Assembly (NCBI RefSeq): GCF_018977255.1
Contig: NW_024704747.1
Span: 16,306,001 to 16,370,000, forward strand
From: Callorhinchus milii
Lineage: Eukaryota
Reading direction: 5' to 3'
DNA length: 64,000 nt
The notes under the pieces were generated by a model. It was not told where the DNA came from, did not search any database, and worked only from the letters and a program-made list of their open reading frames with translations. Of the stretch, positions 1-15,019 are shown in pieces; position 1 is the stretch's first letter; the number at the start of each line of letters is the position of its first letter. Both the position numbers and the translations under genes were made by a program.

Positions 1-125
1 TTACAGAGGGTAGAGATTTTTCCTATTCAACTCTTGTTAATCCTGCAAGTAAAGCCCTTTTTTGGGTTTGGGTGGTCTAAGCTGGATAAGCACGAAAAGA
101 CTTGCCAGGAGCTTTCAATAGCAAG

Positions 126-663
126 TTATGTGGTTTTTACTGGTTGCAGTTCTGCAATACCCAAACATACACTCTGGGATCCCCACGCCTTGGCTCTTGC
201 CAACCTGTGACTAAAATTCTCTGGAAATAGGTGAGCAGGGTGCATCCCTCCAGGGAGAGAGTGCAAATTCCATTCCAAATGTAGGTGGCAAACATATTTG
301 GAACTCTTATGCGGTTTGGATACTCTTACGCCTGGTGATGGAAGGGTTTCTGCCTGTGTCAAGACATCCAGCTGGCCAAAAGAAAAAGTGGAGAAAAACA
401 CAAATATTGATTTGGGGTCTGAATGGCCTGTTTCTCTGCTGAACCTCAATGTTTTTATGATCTTCTGCTAAGTTGTCGATTGAGAGAGCACGGATGTCCA
501 GCACTTCATTTTGGCCGAGTTCCTTAATAAGGAGTGCCTGGTCTCGAGGGTTTCCAGAGGCGTCCTGCCAGTTTCTGTCTGGGAGCAACATTGTATTCTT
601 CACTGAGGGTTTGTTTTTAATAGAAATCTGTTCTCTCTTTCTCTGTGAAAGTAGGTCAACCCT
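126..663 (-). pseudogene. Candidate exon of an unannotated minus-strand gene or pseudogene inside the last CYP20A1 intron
   Basis: Strong acceptor tttctctccttttacag| at 664/663 opens a 118-codon frame (RVDLLSQRKREQ...), overlapped by a second frame (126-449) suggesting a frameshift. No homolog recognised. Confidence 0.3.
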
Positions 664-1876
664 CTGTAAAAGGAGAGAAAGCTTCTCCAAATGCTGCTTT
701 GTAAAGTCCACTGCACTCACTATGCATTCCAATTCATAAAATTACAGCTTTATTAGGTAATTCATGGCAACCTGCCTTGTCACACCCTCAGTATATTATG
801 ACCTTTTCTATGTTCAAAGAGAAAAAAGACATGTTTCATGGAGGGTGAGACCCTCTCTCTCTCCCTCTCCCCCACCCCCTTGCAAACCATGAAGCCATTC
901 AGTTACACATAACTTAATATTTTTTACAGATGGTTGCATGATATCAAACCCCAAATAACTCACTGTAGCCAATGGTTTTCAGAGAAATGTGGTCAGAAAT
1001 TAAGAGCAAGTGCCAATTGCCCAGGAGAGAAAGACGCTAATACAATGGGGTTCAAAATGAAGACTGTTTTTAGGTTCTTGCAAAATAAATGTACTGATGG
1101 ATTTGATCATGAAGATTTCCATTTAATTTGAGTGAATCTCAATTGCTGTGATAGCTTTAGCAGTGGAAGGAGTACTTAGTCAAACTGTCTTGTAACATAA
1201 CCAATGATCTGACTTTGCATCAGTGCCCAATACACTGAATGAATGTTGAGTCAGAACACATATAGTACAACACTACCAATAATAAGTTATTGGTGAGGAC
1301 CTTGGTGTATGAGAGAGCACCCTGAACACCATATTTTCCAAGCCCTTCAGTCTTCATGAATCCATGGAGTCTAAGCATGGTGGTGTGACTAACTATCAAG
1401 TATTAATAAAAGTATCTTGAGTTCCACTATGAGGTGTCTCTGCCAACAAAGATCTTTACAATGAGTGTCAGTCATACTCAGAATGCTGTCCCCAGGTCTG
1501 TTGACTTTATAAATGGATGTCTTGTCACAGAGCAGTTTTCAAAATAGGCTTGTATAACAAACATTTGCTTTTCACAATTGCCTTAGAACCTGTTCAATCA
1601 CTGAAACAATGGTTAAACAATGGTTTCGGCGCCTTGGGACGTCCTCCCGACGTGAAAGACACTATGCAAATATAATCTTGTTGTTGTAAACACACTGCTT
1701 GTCACAATGAAACACTGTTAGTTTCACATGCACTTGTCCCTCTCAGATCTCCCTACCTGTTAGGGCTTTAGAATTTAGGGATGACATGACATATACATCT
1801 CCAAGTTGCATTAATGAGTCAGACAGTCTAGTCAACCATCAACATTGCTTTACTATGTGAACTACTGTGGACTTAC

Positions 1877-2061
1877 CTGTCTTTTGCCGGGCATATCTCA
1901 GAGCCAGGACGGCTTCAGGAAGAATATTATTAATGTTTTGACTTGCTTATGGTTATCAAATTTCCTTTGCATTTAACTGGCAAAATGAATTTGCTGGGTG
2001 ACCCCAACTTAGACTTGCATGTTTAGTACTCCCTGTCGTTCCTGGAGTAATTTCTAGTCAT
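1877..2061 (-). other. Candidate minus-strand exon
   Basis: Acceptor ggtttgcag| at 2062/2061 and consensus donor CAG|GTAAGT at 1877/1876. ATG at 1894 gives MPGKRQ, in frame with the exon starting at 663. Confidence 0.3.
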
Positions 2062-2264
2062 CTGCAAACCACTGAGAAATGATTGTGGGGGTTACTTTAC
2101 TGGCGGGAAGATACTTTATTCTCCAATACTATTCTCCTATTGCCTTCCCTAAGATTAATAACGTGCACCTTGCATCACCAAAGTGTGTAATTTTTAAATT
2201 TATTTTTGGTCAGCCGGGTGTCTGAAACATGTGGAACCCCATCACCATTATTAAGTATGCAAAC

Positions 2265-2508
2265 CAACAACAACAAGATTGCATTTGTATAGCGCTTTTC
2301 ATGTCGGGAGGACGTCCCAAGGCACTAGACAGTGCACAGCATTTCAGACCTGAGCTGGGGTCAGAGGGGGAGAGGGGAGGGGAAGGGGTTGACCGATGGC
2401 ATGGTCGAAGAGGAGGGTTTTGAGGCGGGACTTGAAGGATGCTAAGGAGGGGGTGAGGCGAAGTGATTGAGGGATGGAATTCCAGAGGTTGGGGGCAGAG
2501 TGGCTGAA
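2265..2508 (-). mobile_element. L2 LINE 3' fragment
   Basis: Reverse complement of the L2 3' ends at ~41220-41459 and ~54610-54861, ending in a (TTG)n tail. Confidence 0.85.
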
Positions 2509-2870
2509 TAAGACATGAACAAGCTGAGATTTCCATGCATCCCAGCCACAGATAGAAATCCCAGAGATAGATTGTAATGTAGCACTTCCACAACAACAAC
2601 AAAATTACACTTATATAGCACCTTTCACGTCGGTTCCAATATTTTATTTAAAAAAGTGGGATAATTCCTATGGATAGAACTCTTAGACATGTTTGGTGCA
2701 ATCCTCGCATGTCCTTAACATTCACACAATTGGGAATCTTTCCTCATTTTATGGACAGTTTGGGGACCACGTGGTTTCTGTAGGGTCTCGCGAAGCATTT
2801 CTAATCGGTCTCAAAGTTCATGCCTTCTCTTTTTCTCTCTGTCCTCCCTCCCTCCCTCTTCTCATGGTAG

Positions 2871-3021
2871 ATTTGCTTATACCATGGCTATGATTGTGCT
2901 GTGCACGGTGATCAGGAAGCTGCGGCTGCATCCGGTGCAGGATCAAGTCGTGGAGATGAAATATGAGCTTGTCACGTCTCCTAGAGAAGAAGCCTGGATC
3001 GCTGTCAGCAAAAGGAGCTAG
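2871..3021 (+). CDS. CYP20A1: Cytochrome P450 20A1, last coding exon
   Basis: A long polypyrimidine tract and AG acceptor end at 2870. Frame from 2872 reads FAYTMAMIVLCTVIRKLRLHPVQDQVVEMKYELVTSPREEAWIAVSKRS* (TAG 3019-3021), matching the recalled vertebrate CYP20A1 C-terminus (..KYELVTSSREEAWITVSKRY). CYP20A1 lies just upstream of ABI2 in human. Confidence 0.93.
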
Positions 3022-5539
3022 AGCCAGCCTGGGGACACAGAGGTTACACGATAATAGAACTGTCAGAGAGGTTGCCCTCTCTGGAGGTGTGGCATTGACT
3101 GTTAAAGATCTATGATCAAATTAATACAGTTGGATTCCTTCTATTGTCACTTTCGATTGCAGGCCACCCAGATCCACCAAACCAAAACAGTTCGCATGAA
3201 GCAACAATTACAGGGTTTTGCCACAAGCAGCTCTATGGAATGGATTTAGGGGCATCTCTTCCAGAAGAGAGTCACTGGATCTGCCATCCCTTTCTTGTGC
3301 TGATTTGTGGTGGCTTCTGAATGTTTTTCCGGCATTCAAAGTGGAGCCCCAATCTTGTCCTGCTGAGGCAGTGTTTGTGTACGGATGTCAGCTGTGTAAC
3401 TTGAGAAGTTACGTGTATGACAGTCAAAAAAGGAAACATTGATTGAAAACTCAGATGGATCTGAGCATTTGGTAGAGATTTTATGGGGACTGATGGACGG
3501 AGAATACGAAGTGACAGTATGTGAGATGACAATTGACTGTGTTCATGATGGGAAGTTATAATCTATAGATTTACATTATAATAATTTCACTAATGCCATA
3601 TGGAGGATTTTGTTAATTATAATTCATGTGGCTGCTTATTCCGTTTTAAAGATGGGTTTGATTTGGAGCGAGAGTGGAAGAAGCGATCATTGCTCAGGTG
3701 TTATCCTCTGTATAGTACATAACAGCTGCCATGTTCGCCCACAGTATATCCTGTGAAACGCTTTGAGACATCTCAATGACCTGATAAGGTGCAACATCAT
3801 ATGCAAGAATAATTATTATATACCTTACTGCAACCATTTTGCACTGCTCTCTACAGACAGTCTAACCGTATGGTTAGATCTATTTTGATGACTGCCTGCT
3901 AATGGAATACTTGGATCAAGGGAGATTTTTTTTAAATTAAAGACTTATTTTCCCTCAGAATCTTGAGTCTTTTTCTGTCTTAATGAAATCAATGTGAAGC
4001 CCTTGAAACGGTGTTGTTGCAAACATTTCATCTTTGCAGTTGCTAGCTTGAAAACAGGGAGTACTTCCAGCCACTTGCCCCAGGTCTCTGGGACTTCCTG
4101 AAAATCCCTCTACCTCGCACCCTTCAAGACTCTTAAAAACCTGCTTCTTCAACCATGCCTTTGGTCCCCTCCTTCCCAGTCTCCCACTTTTCAGACTATC
4201 CTTGTAAGTTCGTTCAGATACTATTCAACAAGATAGGCACAACGAATGCCAGCTGTTGTACTTTTGCTCTTTCACAAGTATATTTGGGCAACATGTTGGT
4301 GTGGTGGAGGCTGCGACCCTGATACTCTCCGTCACTGCAGCAGAGCGCAGTTGAAGGTATTTTCTAAAGCATTCAAAGTTCATGAAGGTGTTTGCTCCTC
4401 ACTATGTGTAATTGTTTTCCTCTTTGTTGCCTCTTTCAGTCGAACACAAATATACCAGTCTGGGTTGTGCAGTAATCGGCTTAGAGAGGCTCACTCTCGA
4501 GTCTTTCTCCTTCACTGTGGGGAAGGGGCTGAACCTCTGCTTAAATAACAGTTAGATCTTATAATCAAGTCGTTGGAATGGAACGACCTCCATGACTGAG
4601 CCTACTATGTGGAAATTACAACTGTGTTGATTGTCTTTGTGGTTGAGTGGACCCAGGAGCATTATCAGTGAAACCCTGTATAAAAGATGAATTGGCCATT
4701 ACAAAACACTCATTCGCTGAATGAGCAGACTAAAGTCCAACCTTTATTGCTCTGCAGTTTACAACATGGTTGGAGGGGAAAGAAGTAGCATGAAAGGATA
4801 TAGCTTATTAATGAACAATTTGTATTCTGACCAACCTCCCCCCACCCCCTTCTCTTTTCCCTCCCTCGACTGCATTACTAACTTTAAATTACAATAGAAG
4901 ATAATGCTTTTTCTTCATAACAGTTTAAAGTTGTGTCATCTGTTGCCAGCATCATATGAACAGTAAATATAGGTTTGGTGATTTTGGACCTGGTGCCGTG
5001 GCAAGTTTGCAGTGTGGGAAGAGTGCACATCTTCATCTTGCTTTTTATTAAAAATTGTAGCCTCACAAGCCTCACTTTTTGGGGATGAGTAAGTTCTGCT
5101 ATTATAAAAATGTTTTACAAGAAACAAGAATGTAATGTTGATGAGGAAGGTGGAAGACCAATGACAGACTGGCGAAAAGCAATCCATCAATCGACTAACA
5201 ACCAGGTTCCTATACTGCTAGGTAAACAGGCATGTGGAGTAAGGAAACTTGCTCAATGTTTCTATATTGACGGTGGGGGACACTGGGAGAACTTCTTGCT
5301 TTTCTCAGAAATACCAGTGTGAGATCTTTAATTTCCCCAGATCACCAGAAAAAATAATCTTATGAGATTAATCTTATTTGCAGTAATTATAAGGCATAAC
5401 ATTGGACCAATGTTTGAAACAAAAGCAGTAACTACCAGCCTCTGTATTATGCTCCCTGAGTCCCAAGTCACTCCTTTGATAATTGCACTACCCCACTATG
5501 CAGTTGAAGCATATAAATACGGATCTAAAATTGGGTGGT

Positions 5540-5760
5540 GGTGATGGCACATAAGCCTCAGCACCTGGACTATAGAAAGGAGAAAACTAGTCAGAATTCC
5601 TGCTGTTGATTGCTATCCAGTGACTCCTGATGGAGAGTGCCCTTTGTGTGGTTTTTGGGTGAGGACTTGATGAGGCTCGACCCTCCACGGTTGCATTGTA
5701 CGTCTTGGTTCGCGTGTGAAGAATGAAGATCTGAGTGATGTATGGAAGGCTTAAAGGCTA
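5540..5760 (+). repeat. Old interspersed repeat (SINE-like), diverged
   Basis: Motif TTCCTGCTGTTGATTGCTATCCAGTGACTCCTG..GGTGAGGAC..GAAGAATG recurs in diverged form at ~14160-14340(-), 30300-30540(-), 49850-50030(+), 57610-57870(-) and 59570-59720(+). Confidence 0.5.
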
Positions 5761-8700
5761 TGAAGCGAAAAATTTAAAATTATTAAAATTATTACAAATT
5801 ATTAAAGACTGTAGCTTTTCTTAAACCTTGAGTTGAAACTAGTTGCAGTGTTCTTACTGCGACCCTGACTGAGCTAAATCAGTAGATCTGGGAGATAGAT
5901 TTTTAATTCTAAGTCAAACGGAATTGTATTTCACTGAAGGTAAGCAACAAAAATAATTGGCTGGTACTTACTGTGTTTCCTAAAAGTGGAAAATGACTGG
6001 CAGGACCCCACATTCTTGTGTTTGCACCATTAGTATTGCTGCCCCAGCGTCGGTGGCTAATGATGACAGATGACGATTAATGCTGATGAGATGTGTATTT
6101 AAGATAACCAAAGCAATTTGTGTCTGGTAGGACTACGTTGCCCAAACTCTAGGGATGTGGACTGACAGCTGCAGCTGGAGGAAAGTATCTAACGGTTGTG
6201 AGTGTGAACTCTTGATAAAATATGCACTACATGAGTGATGGGGAAATACAGGCTTGACTGGAATAACAGCAAAACAATCTGAGAAAAGAGTACTTGTTCT
6301 CTGCTTGAGGAATTCTGTAGTGGTTAGGAACAGGTTAATTTAGTCATTGATGCACAAGATGGGGTTTTTCATGGCTAATGATGACATTAGTTCATCGTTG
6401 CCTTTTCAGACAAGTCTGTCAACTGGAAGAACTACAAATCAGGCACCATAAAATCTAAATCCCTGTTGGTATTTCAATTTTGCTTATTAATCCTCTTTAA
6501 ATAATTTCTCATTTGTGAGGTGTTTAAATCATGGAAATAGCACGGAGGAAGCTATTTGGCCCATCGTGCAATAGCTCCCCCACTGGAGCAATCTGCTCTA
6601 GTCCCATTTCCCTAACTTTTACGTATCTTCTGTGCATTAAATACATGTAAATCAGATAGCTGCCTCCACACGGGTTTCATGAAAGTATTATTACAATCTT
6701 TTACAGTTCCTTTTTTGTTTATAATAAAATTGTCACCAAAGTGAAAGACCAAGGCGCACAGGGCCAAACTCTACCAAGATTAAACAGGTGAGCAATGAAA
6801 TAAGAAAATTGTGGAAAAGATGGTCCCAGCATGTTAAACATTCTCGGGTTATTTTTGTGGTTCGCAAAGGTACACGGTAAACTGTGCAATGGGTAGAGGG
6901 AACATTGTGGAGTGGCTGCCAAATGAACCTAATGCCTTACAGTCCAAAATGGTGTTAGTATTCGGGGCAACTGCATTATTGCATCAGTGTCTCTCAGATT
7001 TTCAACTGTTGCCTTAAATAGTACAGCCAGGTAAACTGATCCACTTTCCAGTGGAAGGTAAAAAGAATCAAACACTTTTAGGAACGCCGGAGATAACTGG
7101 AGGGAAATACTGGCGAAGTGGAAAAAAAAGTACAAAAGTGGGTACATTCACTGAAGGGTTAAGATGCTGGTTCTTTTGTGCAGCTTGAAAGGAAGCCATT
7201 AATGAGCATGGCTGGCTGAGCTACAAACTGGAGTTGGATTACACCTCAGCCTCTCTGTACTCTGGCTCACCTGTGACTTGCTGCATCGCTTCCTGTAACT
7301 GGAGTGTCCTGACATTGTCAGTCAGCACAGATGCAGATAAGAAGATCCAGTACAAAATAAGAACAAATCTCTCTTTTTATACAAGATTCAATTTTCAGAT
7401 GAATGGGTTCTTGTACACACAGCGTTGTGGATTGTGACTCCTGCTATCTTGCTGGTTGATATTGGACCTGCTATCAGTATCTTAATCCCACTCTGTGGGA
7501 TTGTGACCTGAAACGCCCACAGTTGCATTCTGTTCTCTGAACAAAATGAATACTGTACCTGATTTATGTGTTTTCTTTGTTTCTCAAAGTTAATTCTTTG
7601 AACAGTGAAGCTAATTTTGTGTGGAGAGTATGGGGAGGAACTCTGTTAGTGCAGCGTTTTTTAAAAATAAAAAAGCGGTGGTGCTGAAGTTGGTGATCTT
7701 ATCTGGAAGGCAGCACCAGTGCTAGTAGTGGGAATGCTGCAGTTAGCCTCACCTCATCTACATTGGGCTCGGGCGGTGGGGGTAGCAGAAAAGGACTTTA
7801 TTTCCTGATGTGAATAGTTGGACGAAGCCAGAATCAGACTCAATGAGAATGACTTTGCTCTGTCATTCTTTATTGCTTGCCAACGCTGAGTTTGCTCATT
7901 ATCTGGAGTCATATTGTGAGAAGATGGGAGAAACTTGGAAGAAAAATAATCGTGGTGTTACACATTTTGGACTGGGAAGCATTTTTGTTTCACACACATT
8001 TGTCTATATTTTAGCACTTTGGGATGTCCTCCTGGAGTGAAAGGCGCTATACAAATGTAATTTGTTGTTTTAGCAATTGCTTTGCATCAGACACCTGTCA
8101 CACCCTCTTTCTGCAATGGTTACAGGTATAGCCTGAATTCACTTAGCATATTATGCAGAATACCTCATTAATTCTGAGCAAAGCATTGCAAAAATGGGAG
8201 CTAAAACTGAAAAACTTCGAGCAAGTTGGGGAACAAAATGAAGTTTGTCAATACATGCAGGGAAATTGATCAGAACACCACTCAGTTAAACATAATCGAA
8301 GAAGACAACGATTAAAGTTGTGTAAATTATGTTGAGCTGCAATCAACCATTGTATGTCAGATCTTGTTAATTTCTTAAAGACAGTGAGCCTTTTACAGCT
8401 TTTGCTGAAACACATTTCAGCAACAGCCTGTTTCATGGAGGAAAGTTAGATTGGCCATTGATGCCTTATACCCTCATTCAGTTCCCTAGAGGTAGAAAGA
8501 GTATGGATCGCTGGAGGAATTCTAGATGACATAGAACGATCCTGCGGTTCCAGAGCATCTAAAAATAAATTTGGAGGTGAAAGGTTAGCATCATTTACCA
8601 CAACCCCCTTCCCCCACCCTGAACCAAAGTGGCTGTATCTGTACCAGGAAAACGAGAAAAAGATCCTAGTGAAGTTACAGAGGCCACATTGCTTCTCAGC

Positions 8701-8811
8701 ATTCTGGTTGCACTCCGACAAGGCTTCCAGCTCCAAGGTTCAAGGATGAATTGGCAGACATGGTGGAATAAAATTCATAAATCACAGTCCACAGAGAGCA
8801 GTCTTGGCTTC

Positions 8812-8935
8812 AATAATAATGATCCTTGCGTTTGATATAGCGCTTTTCATGTCTTCTAGATGTCTCAAAGCTCTTCACAGAATATACTGTAAAGTGAATT
8901 GATTGTATATTTGTAGGCGAAAGATTGCCAGTTAT
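8812..8935 (-). mobile_element. 5'-truncated SINE (tail only)
   Basis: Reverse complement of the SINE 3' end (AATAATAAT..CCTTGC.TTTGATATAGCGCTTTTCA..GTAAAGTGAATTGA). Confidence 0.85.
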
Positions 8936-8944
8936 TGGCATTCA

Positions 8945-9120
8945 ATAAATTGGTCACTTCAATCCATGACTGTTTGTGGGATACTGCTGCGCACAATTGT
9001 CTGCCCCGTTTTGCACACAAAATATAGTCAATTCACTTTACAGTATATTCTGTGGAGCGCTTCGAGACTTCTCGAAGATTTATAAGGCGTTATATTAAAT
9101 ACAAGGATTATTATTTATTA
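8945..9120 (+). mobile_element. 5'-truncated SINE
   Basis: GACTGTTTGTGGGATACTGCTG..GTCAATTCACTTTACAG..AAGGATTATTAT matches the 3' half of the full SINE copies. Confidence 0.85.
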
Positions 9121-9499
9121 TGTATTATTCAGGGATACTGAAATATTAGTTTCTTGTCTCAGGATATGCAGGAAACTAAGCATCACCATGCAAAACTGCA
9201 ATGTTGTGAGGAAGAGGCTGCAGGATATGGTCTGATATGTCGCCATTCCATCATATCACAGTGGGAGAGTCTGTGTAATCTACATTAGGATGGTTCTGCT
9301 CTTGGCTATATTTGATGGGTGAAATGATTTTGTTGTCTCTGTAAGCATTTGTAACAATTTTTGGGAATCTGTTCCCTTGTTATTGCAGTCAATCTTTTGC
9401 TAAGCGTTGTTGGACAAGCAGCAGGAAGCTTGCCAGACAGTAATTTCAATGGCAAGCTGTGTTGTTTTAGCTGCGTAAACTCCAGCAGTACCCCAGTAC

Positions 9500-10060
9500 A
9501 CGCAACTGAAACCCTCGTCCACACCCTTGTCACTTCCCAGCTGGATAATTCCAATGCCCTCTTCGCTGGTCTCCCCAGCTCCACCATACACAAAATTCAA
9601 TTAATTAAAAACTCCGCCGTTCAGATACTCACCTGCACAAAATTCCATACCCCCATCACACCAGGCTTTGCCAGGCTCCACTGGCTCCCAATTACCGAAC
9701 AGATTGATTTCAAGATTCTCTCACTCGTTTTCAAATCCCTTCATGCCCTCGCACATTCCTACCTACCCGATCTGCTTACCACCCACTCCACCACCCTTTG
9801 ACTCCAGTCTCCTGTTTGTCCCTCATCCCCTCCGCACCATCATTGGTGGCTGTGCCTTCAGCTACTACGTCCCAAAACTCTGGACCTCCCTCCCTCAATC
9901 GCTGTGCCTTGCCCTCTCCCTCCCCACTTTCAAATCCCCCTTCAAGACCTTAATTTTGATCTCCCCTCCCTCTCCACCTGGCTCGGCGTCAAAGCCACTG
10001 TAAAGTGCTCCGGGATGCTACCCCACGTGAAGGGAGCTATATAAATGCAAGTTGTTGTTG
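9500..10060 (+). mobile_element. L2 LINE 3' fragment (decayed ORF2 C-terminus and 3' UTR)
   Basis: Peptide ETLVHTLVTSQLDNSNALFAGLP..LHWLPITEQIDFKIL is typical of the L2 ORF2 C-terminus. Ends in CTATATAAATGCAAGTTGTTGTTG. Confidence 0.9.
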
Positions 10061-10526
10061 TACACACTTTGGAGTCCCCAGTGCTTGACTGTTGCCTACT
10101 TGTGCCTAATATTTTCTGGAATTTGGCAAGCAGTGTATGACACTCCGGGGATCGAGTGCACATTCCAACCCAAACATGGGAATTTCCATATGCAGGTGGG
10201 ATGCATGAAACTCTAACTGATTCGGATACTCTTCAGTACCATGATGCGTTTCTGCATATCAGACACCTGGCTGACCAAAACCGAAAGCATTGTTATGATT
10301 GCAATGCTTCGCTGTTTACTGTTGCCCTTATCTTCCTTATTTGTAGTGCAGGCACTTAAACTTCCCAAGTTCTGTCAAATGTTTTTGTTTCTTTTCTCTT
10401 TTTGTTGGATAGGTGATCACTGTTGCCCCGGGTTTATCTGTGTCTTGTGATTATATGCCTCTCACCAGGTCCTCGTTCCCGCCAGCAGTTCAGACCCATA
10501 GAAATGATGTTGATGGTTTTCGGAGC

Positions 10527-11720
<1,194 letters not shown>

Positions 11721-14700
11721 CAGGTTTCCCTTAGACCCCCATTGCTTCATTCTCCGTTCATCTATGTTTTGTGTGTGGCGATGGCTCAGTTCGTGCGTAT
11801 TTGAGGGGAATTGCCCCCCTCCCTCCCTCCCTCCCTGTGCCAGTTTTGAATGTGTTGTGTGCTGTCGGTCACTGGGCTCTCTCTCGCCTCTCTGTGCGTG
11901 ACTTTCCTCAATTTTCTCCTGGTATTACTCCTCTCTTTTCAAAAAAAAAAAATCTTTTTAGGGGGTGGGGGAATATGGTTGTATTTCCTTCTCCCTCACC
12001 CACGCGCAGGTTTTTACAATTTTTTTTAAAAAAAATCCTTATTATTAATAATAATGATAATAATAATTAAAAACAGCGATTGCGTTTACAATTCTCTGGA
12101 ATCCCCCGGGGAATCCACGCAGAATTATATTTAAAGGGTTAATTTCGACGTTTCAGCGGGTAAAATGTGTCACGGCGTTTTATTTTTTTTACACACACAC
12201 TTTAAAGAATTGGTGCAGAGCTCAAATCGAGTTTTTTTGGGGGGAAAAAGTTGAAACGCAATCGACGGTTTAAATCTGACGGTTTTAGGATACTGCCCTT
12301 TTCCATGATTTTTAGTTTATAATTAAATGTGTGCATGTGTGTGAGGTGGGGGATTGGGAGCGAGGCAAGGAAACATTCTGGGCTCCTGGAACCCCATTGA
12401 TTTATTCCCTTTTCATCTATTTTTTATGTGGAGTGACTGCTCAGTTTGTGAATATTTGGGGCAAATCAAATTTTTTTTTTTACTGTCCCTGTTTTCAATG
12501 TGTTTCCTTTGCACATCTTGCTGTAGCATTACCCCAAATTAGAATCTCCCGTGTTTTATACAGTATAGAAGAGATTCGCTTTGGGCTGATGATGGGTTTT
12601 CAGTGTCTGGTTTGTTTTGGAGTTTGCAGTTTATTATGAGGTATACATGCAAAATGCTGTGGTGGTACCAAGGGAGAATTATTTGCTGAGGAATTTTGGC
12701 TCGGTAATCACAGCTGTTCATTCAGGCGTGTGCAGGCTCTTACTTGGGGTATTGTTTGTTTTGAATCTGTAATGTGGCACTATTTTAATGGTCAATATTC
12801 AGAAGGGTTTCTTGGTTCTATTTGTAAGTCTGGCTGAAGAAATGAAAACCCATTTCATATATCTGATTTTTTGACACTGCATAAACTGTTGCCGGCCATC
12901 AATTTTTCTCCTGTAGAATTTCAAAATATTTTGATGTATGTGATGGTAAAATGTGGAATGAATCGTCTGGGAGTTGGCGTGTGATTTACAACTTTTTAAA
13001 TTAAAATCAATAAGTGGAGGAGAGGGTCAGATCTGTGGAATTAAAGGGACATGTTAAAGTGATTGAAATATAATTTTACCAAGTGCCTTTTTACATTGAT
13101 TTGTGTTGAATGAAGGTTTTTAATTTTTCAAAAAAATCTTAAATTGAATCCACACCATAGAACCTACATTGAAGATGTATTTGTTGCAACAAGCAGCCAA
13201 TATGGTAGTAATTTACATTTCCAAAGATCGAGCCCAATGAAAATTCCCTGAAAAATCCCTGTGACTTTAAATATTGATTTTTTTTCTTGGAAAAAGCAGC
13301 AAAACCAGACTCCAGTAGCCGCATTACAATTTTCTTTTTGGTGTGCATTTGCTAATCTGAGAATTGTGTTTTTTTATAGCGTGTGAAATTTCAAGGTTTG
13401 CCTTTTATGTTGCTGAGGGTTTGAGATTTTAATTTCAGTGTGAGAGGACTTGAATTGCAAAACATGTACATTGTATTCTCATTACTATATCTAAGTTATT
13501 GGAGGAGGAAAGAAGAGATATAAAGGATCCAATTGTTTTTTTTCCTGAGGCTGCTGACTCTTGCTGGAGTACAGTTCCAATGGTACTAGTGCCCTCTGTC
13601 ACCTTACCCAAGTGGATTTTCTATGCATGTGAGCCAAGGTGCAGTGAGTTTTGGCAGATGAAAGCACCTTTGTACATTCCAAATTGAGTGATACTGCCTT
13701 TGGCCAGTGCTGACACCTGTGCTTTTTTCAACAGAAGCCACAAGAAAATGTTCAGGAGTGGAAATCCTGACTAATTTTTCCTCTCTCTTTTTCAACACTG
13801 CCCCCCCCGCACCCCCCCACCCTTTGTCCAGAGATGCTATGGCTCACTTGAGCTCATATGGCTTGAGATCCACAACTCAGTATAGATTAGGATTAAAAGG
13901 GAAGAAGGCATTGACTTCTTTTATGGATAGCTTGTTGGGGTCTTGTAAATATTTTCTATTCAAAGTGTTAGGTGTTTTTCTTTTTACGCTTGATTGTTCA
14001 ATTTGAAATGAAACAAAAATAGATTTTGTTTAATCTCCACTCTTTTCCCAGGAGCAAATTGGAAGTCTCTGAATTAACTGATCCATTCCTTGTATGTAAA
14101 ATTGAGTGACTAATTTGTTCATCCATGAGAGGGGGCGAGGGTGTTGCAACCAAAACAAATAGTGTTTTCACCTGATATTTGCATTTTCCAGCAGGGTCAC
14201 TGGTTCAGGATCAGGAACCAGTTTTTTTTTGTTTCCCCTTTACCCCCAAACCTCCCTCTAACCTGGGGGTACAAGCCAATTGTTGCAGCCTTACTAACTA
14301 AGATTAGGTAACTCAGTCAGGATCAGAAATCATGCTTGGGAATTTCTGCTTGGTATGGCTTACAATCTAATATCACATGGAGGGGAAAAAAATGCAATGA
14401 TTATTGTGCTACATGGTGTCATTATACAGATCGTGACTAAAATTTGTATATGGCATGATGATGTCCCACACATGTGCAACCACCCAGCCCTCCACCTGAA
14501 TAATCTGAATATGAAATACCTTGGCTCTCAGCCATTTTTCTGTGTTCTGCTATGATTATATAGGTAGGTGATTAAAGGCTTTGCCAACTTTCTATTTGTG
14601 CTTGGGATGTGCAACGTGACTGTATTGGATACAGACTGGAGTCTGTATACAGGTGATCAAATCACAGCTATTGACAATGTGATCGGAAGCACGTGGTGAC

Positions 14701-15019
14701 AAAACCGTTTTAGTCTTGGGCTCCATCAATGGTCAGGTTTTCATTTTGCAGAGGCTCAACCCTATATGGATGTCCTGGTTATCGAGCTTGCTAAATAATT
14801 GTACTATAAATCAGACAACTGTACTTTCAAACTGACTTGAGTAGATAATGATGCTCTGTGCATTTCAGCATCAATTAGTATGTGATATTAGAGAGCCTTT
14901 AAACACAACAGTCAGTATGTCCGTGCCCAAGCTTTTAATCCTCGATTTCTTAAAAGATTGTCAACAGTGTATTTTATACTAAAATTGATACAAAGCTCAC
15001 AATGAACCCGAAATCTTCG

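Noticed and set aside
1-2870. Penultimate CYP20A1 exon (heme-Cys region)
   Set aside because: No matching peptide found by eye. It presumably lies upstream of the window.
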